In this document: positions 63,833 through 64,000 of the stretch, piece after piece
Numbering within the stretch: position 1 is the first letter of the stretch
Layout: each line of letters opens with the position of its first letter
Origin: a virus
Length of the DNA stretch: 64,000 nt
Virus record (IMG/VR): IMGVR_UViG_3300038312_000193
Strand: one strand, 5' to 3'
The notes under the pieces: model-generated
The model's input: only the letters and a program-made list of their open reading frames with translations
Told to the model about the DNA's origin: nothing
Database searches by the model: none
Position numbers and translations under genes: made by a program

Positions 63833-64000
63833 ATGATCAATAATAATGAACCCAATCCAAATCCTTTAATCCAATACACCCAACATTTAATCCAACAAAA
63901 TAAATCCACCAATACAATTAAATCTTATACTAAAGATATAACATCATTTTTTGCTTATTTCAACCAAACTCATAACATACCTCAAACATTAACTCGTTCT
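63833..64000 (+). CDS. XerC/D-like tyrosine recombinase, N-terminal part (runs off the window end)
   Basis: After AAGGAG: MINNNEPNPNPLIQYTQHLIQQNKSTNTIKSYTKDITSFFAYF, matching the integrase SAM-like KSxNTIxSYxxDI pattern. Confidence 0.7.
   Translation, partial: MINNNEPNPNPLIQYTQHLIQQNKSTNTIKSYTKDITSFFAYFNQTHNIPQTLTRS

Overview
AT-rich (roughly 25-27% GC by eye) segment of a large Bacillota (probably clostridial) phage or prophage, organised like the SPbeta family. Nearly all genes are on the minus strand until a strand switch at about 63 kb. 1-16 kb is a replication core (RecD2-like helicase, DnaE, PD-(D/E)XK nuclease, primase, DnaB-like helicase, AAA ATPase, SSB-like protein, NAD ligase) interleaved with homing endonucleases. 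16-60 kb is a long accessory region of mostly small genes: six DNA methyltransferases, NADAR, an ART-like protein, a YopQ/YopR-like regulatory pair, a frameshifted IS607 tnpB, DUF262 and a J-domain protein. 60-64 kb is largely non-coding and ends in the start of a XerC/D-like tyrosine recombinase. Four non-coding signals stand out. (1) About 40 copies of an 18-bp 6-6-6 palindrome (ACCAAA/ATAAAA-N6-TTTGGT/TTTTAT) sit at gene boundaries, seven of them with a 22-bp palindrome at a fixed 8 or 18 bp distance; this is a candidate integron-like, tyrosine-recombinase gene-cassette system in a phage. (2) A strand-polarised heptamer CTGTTAT occurs about 38 times in 51.4-59.6 kb. (3) A roughly 360-nt structured ncRNA lies at 22.8-23.2 kb. 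(4) A family of RNase III-like intergenic hairpins punctuates the putative early operon. All counts were made by eye, and family assignments come from recognised motifs, not database searches.
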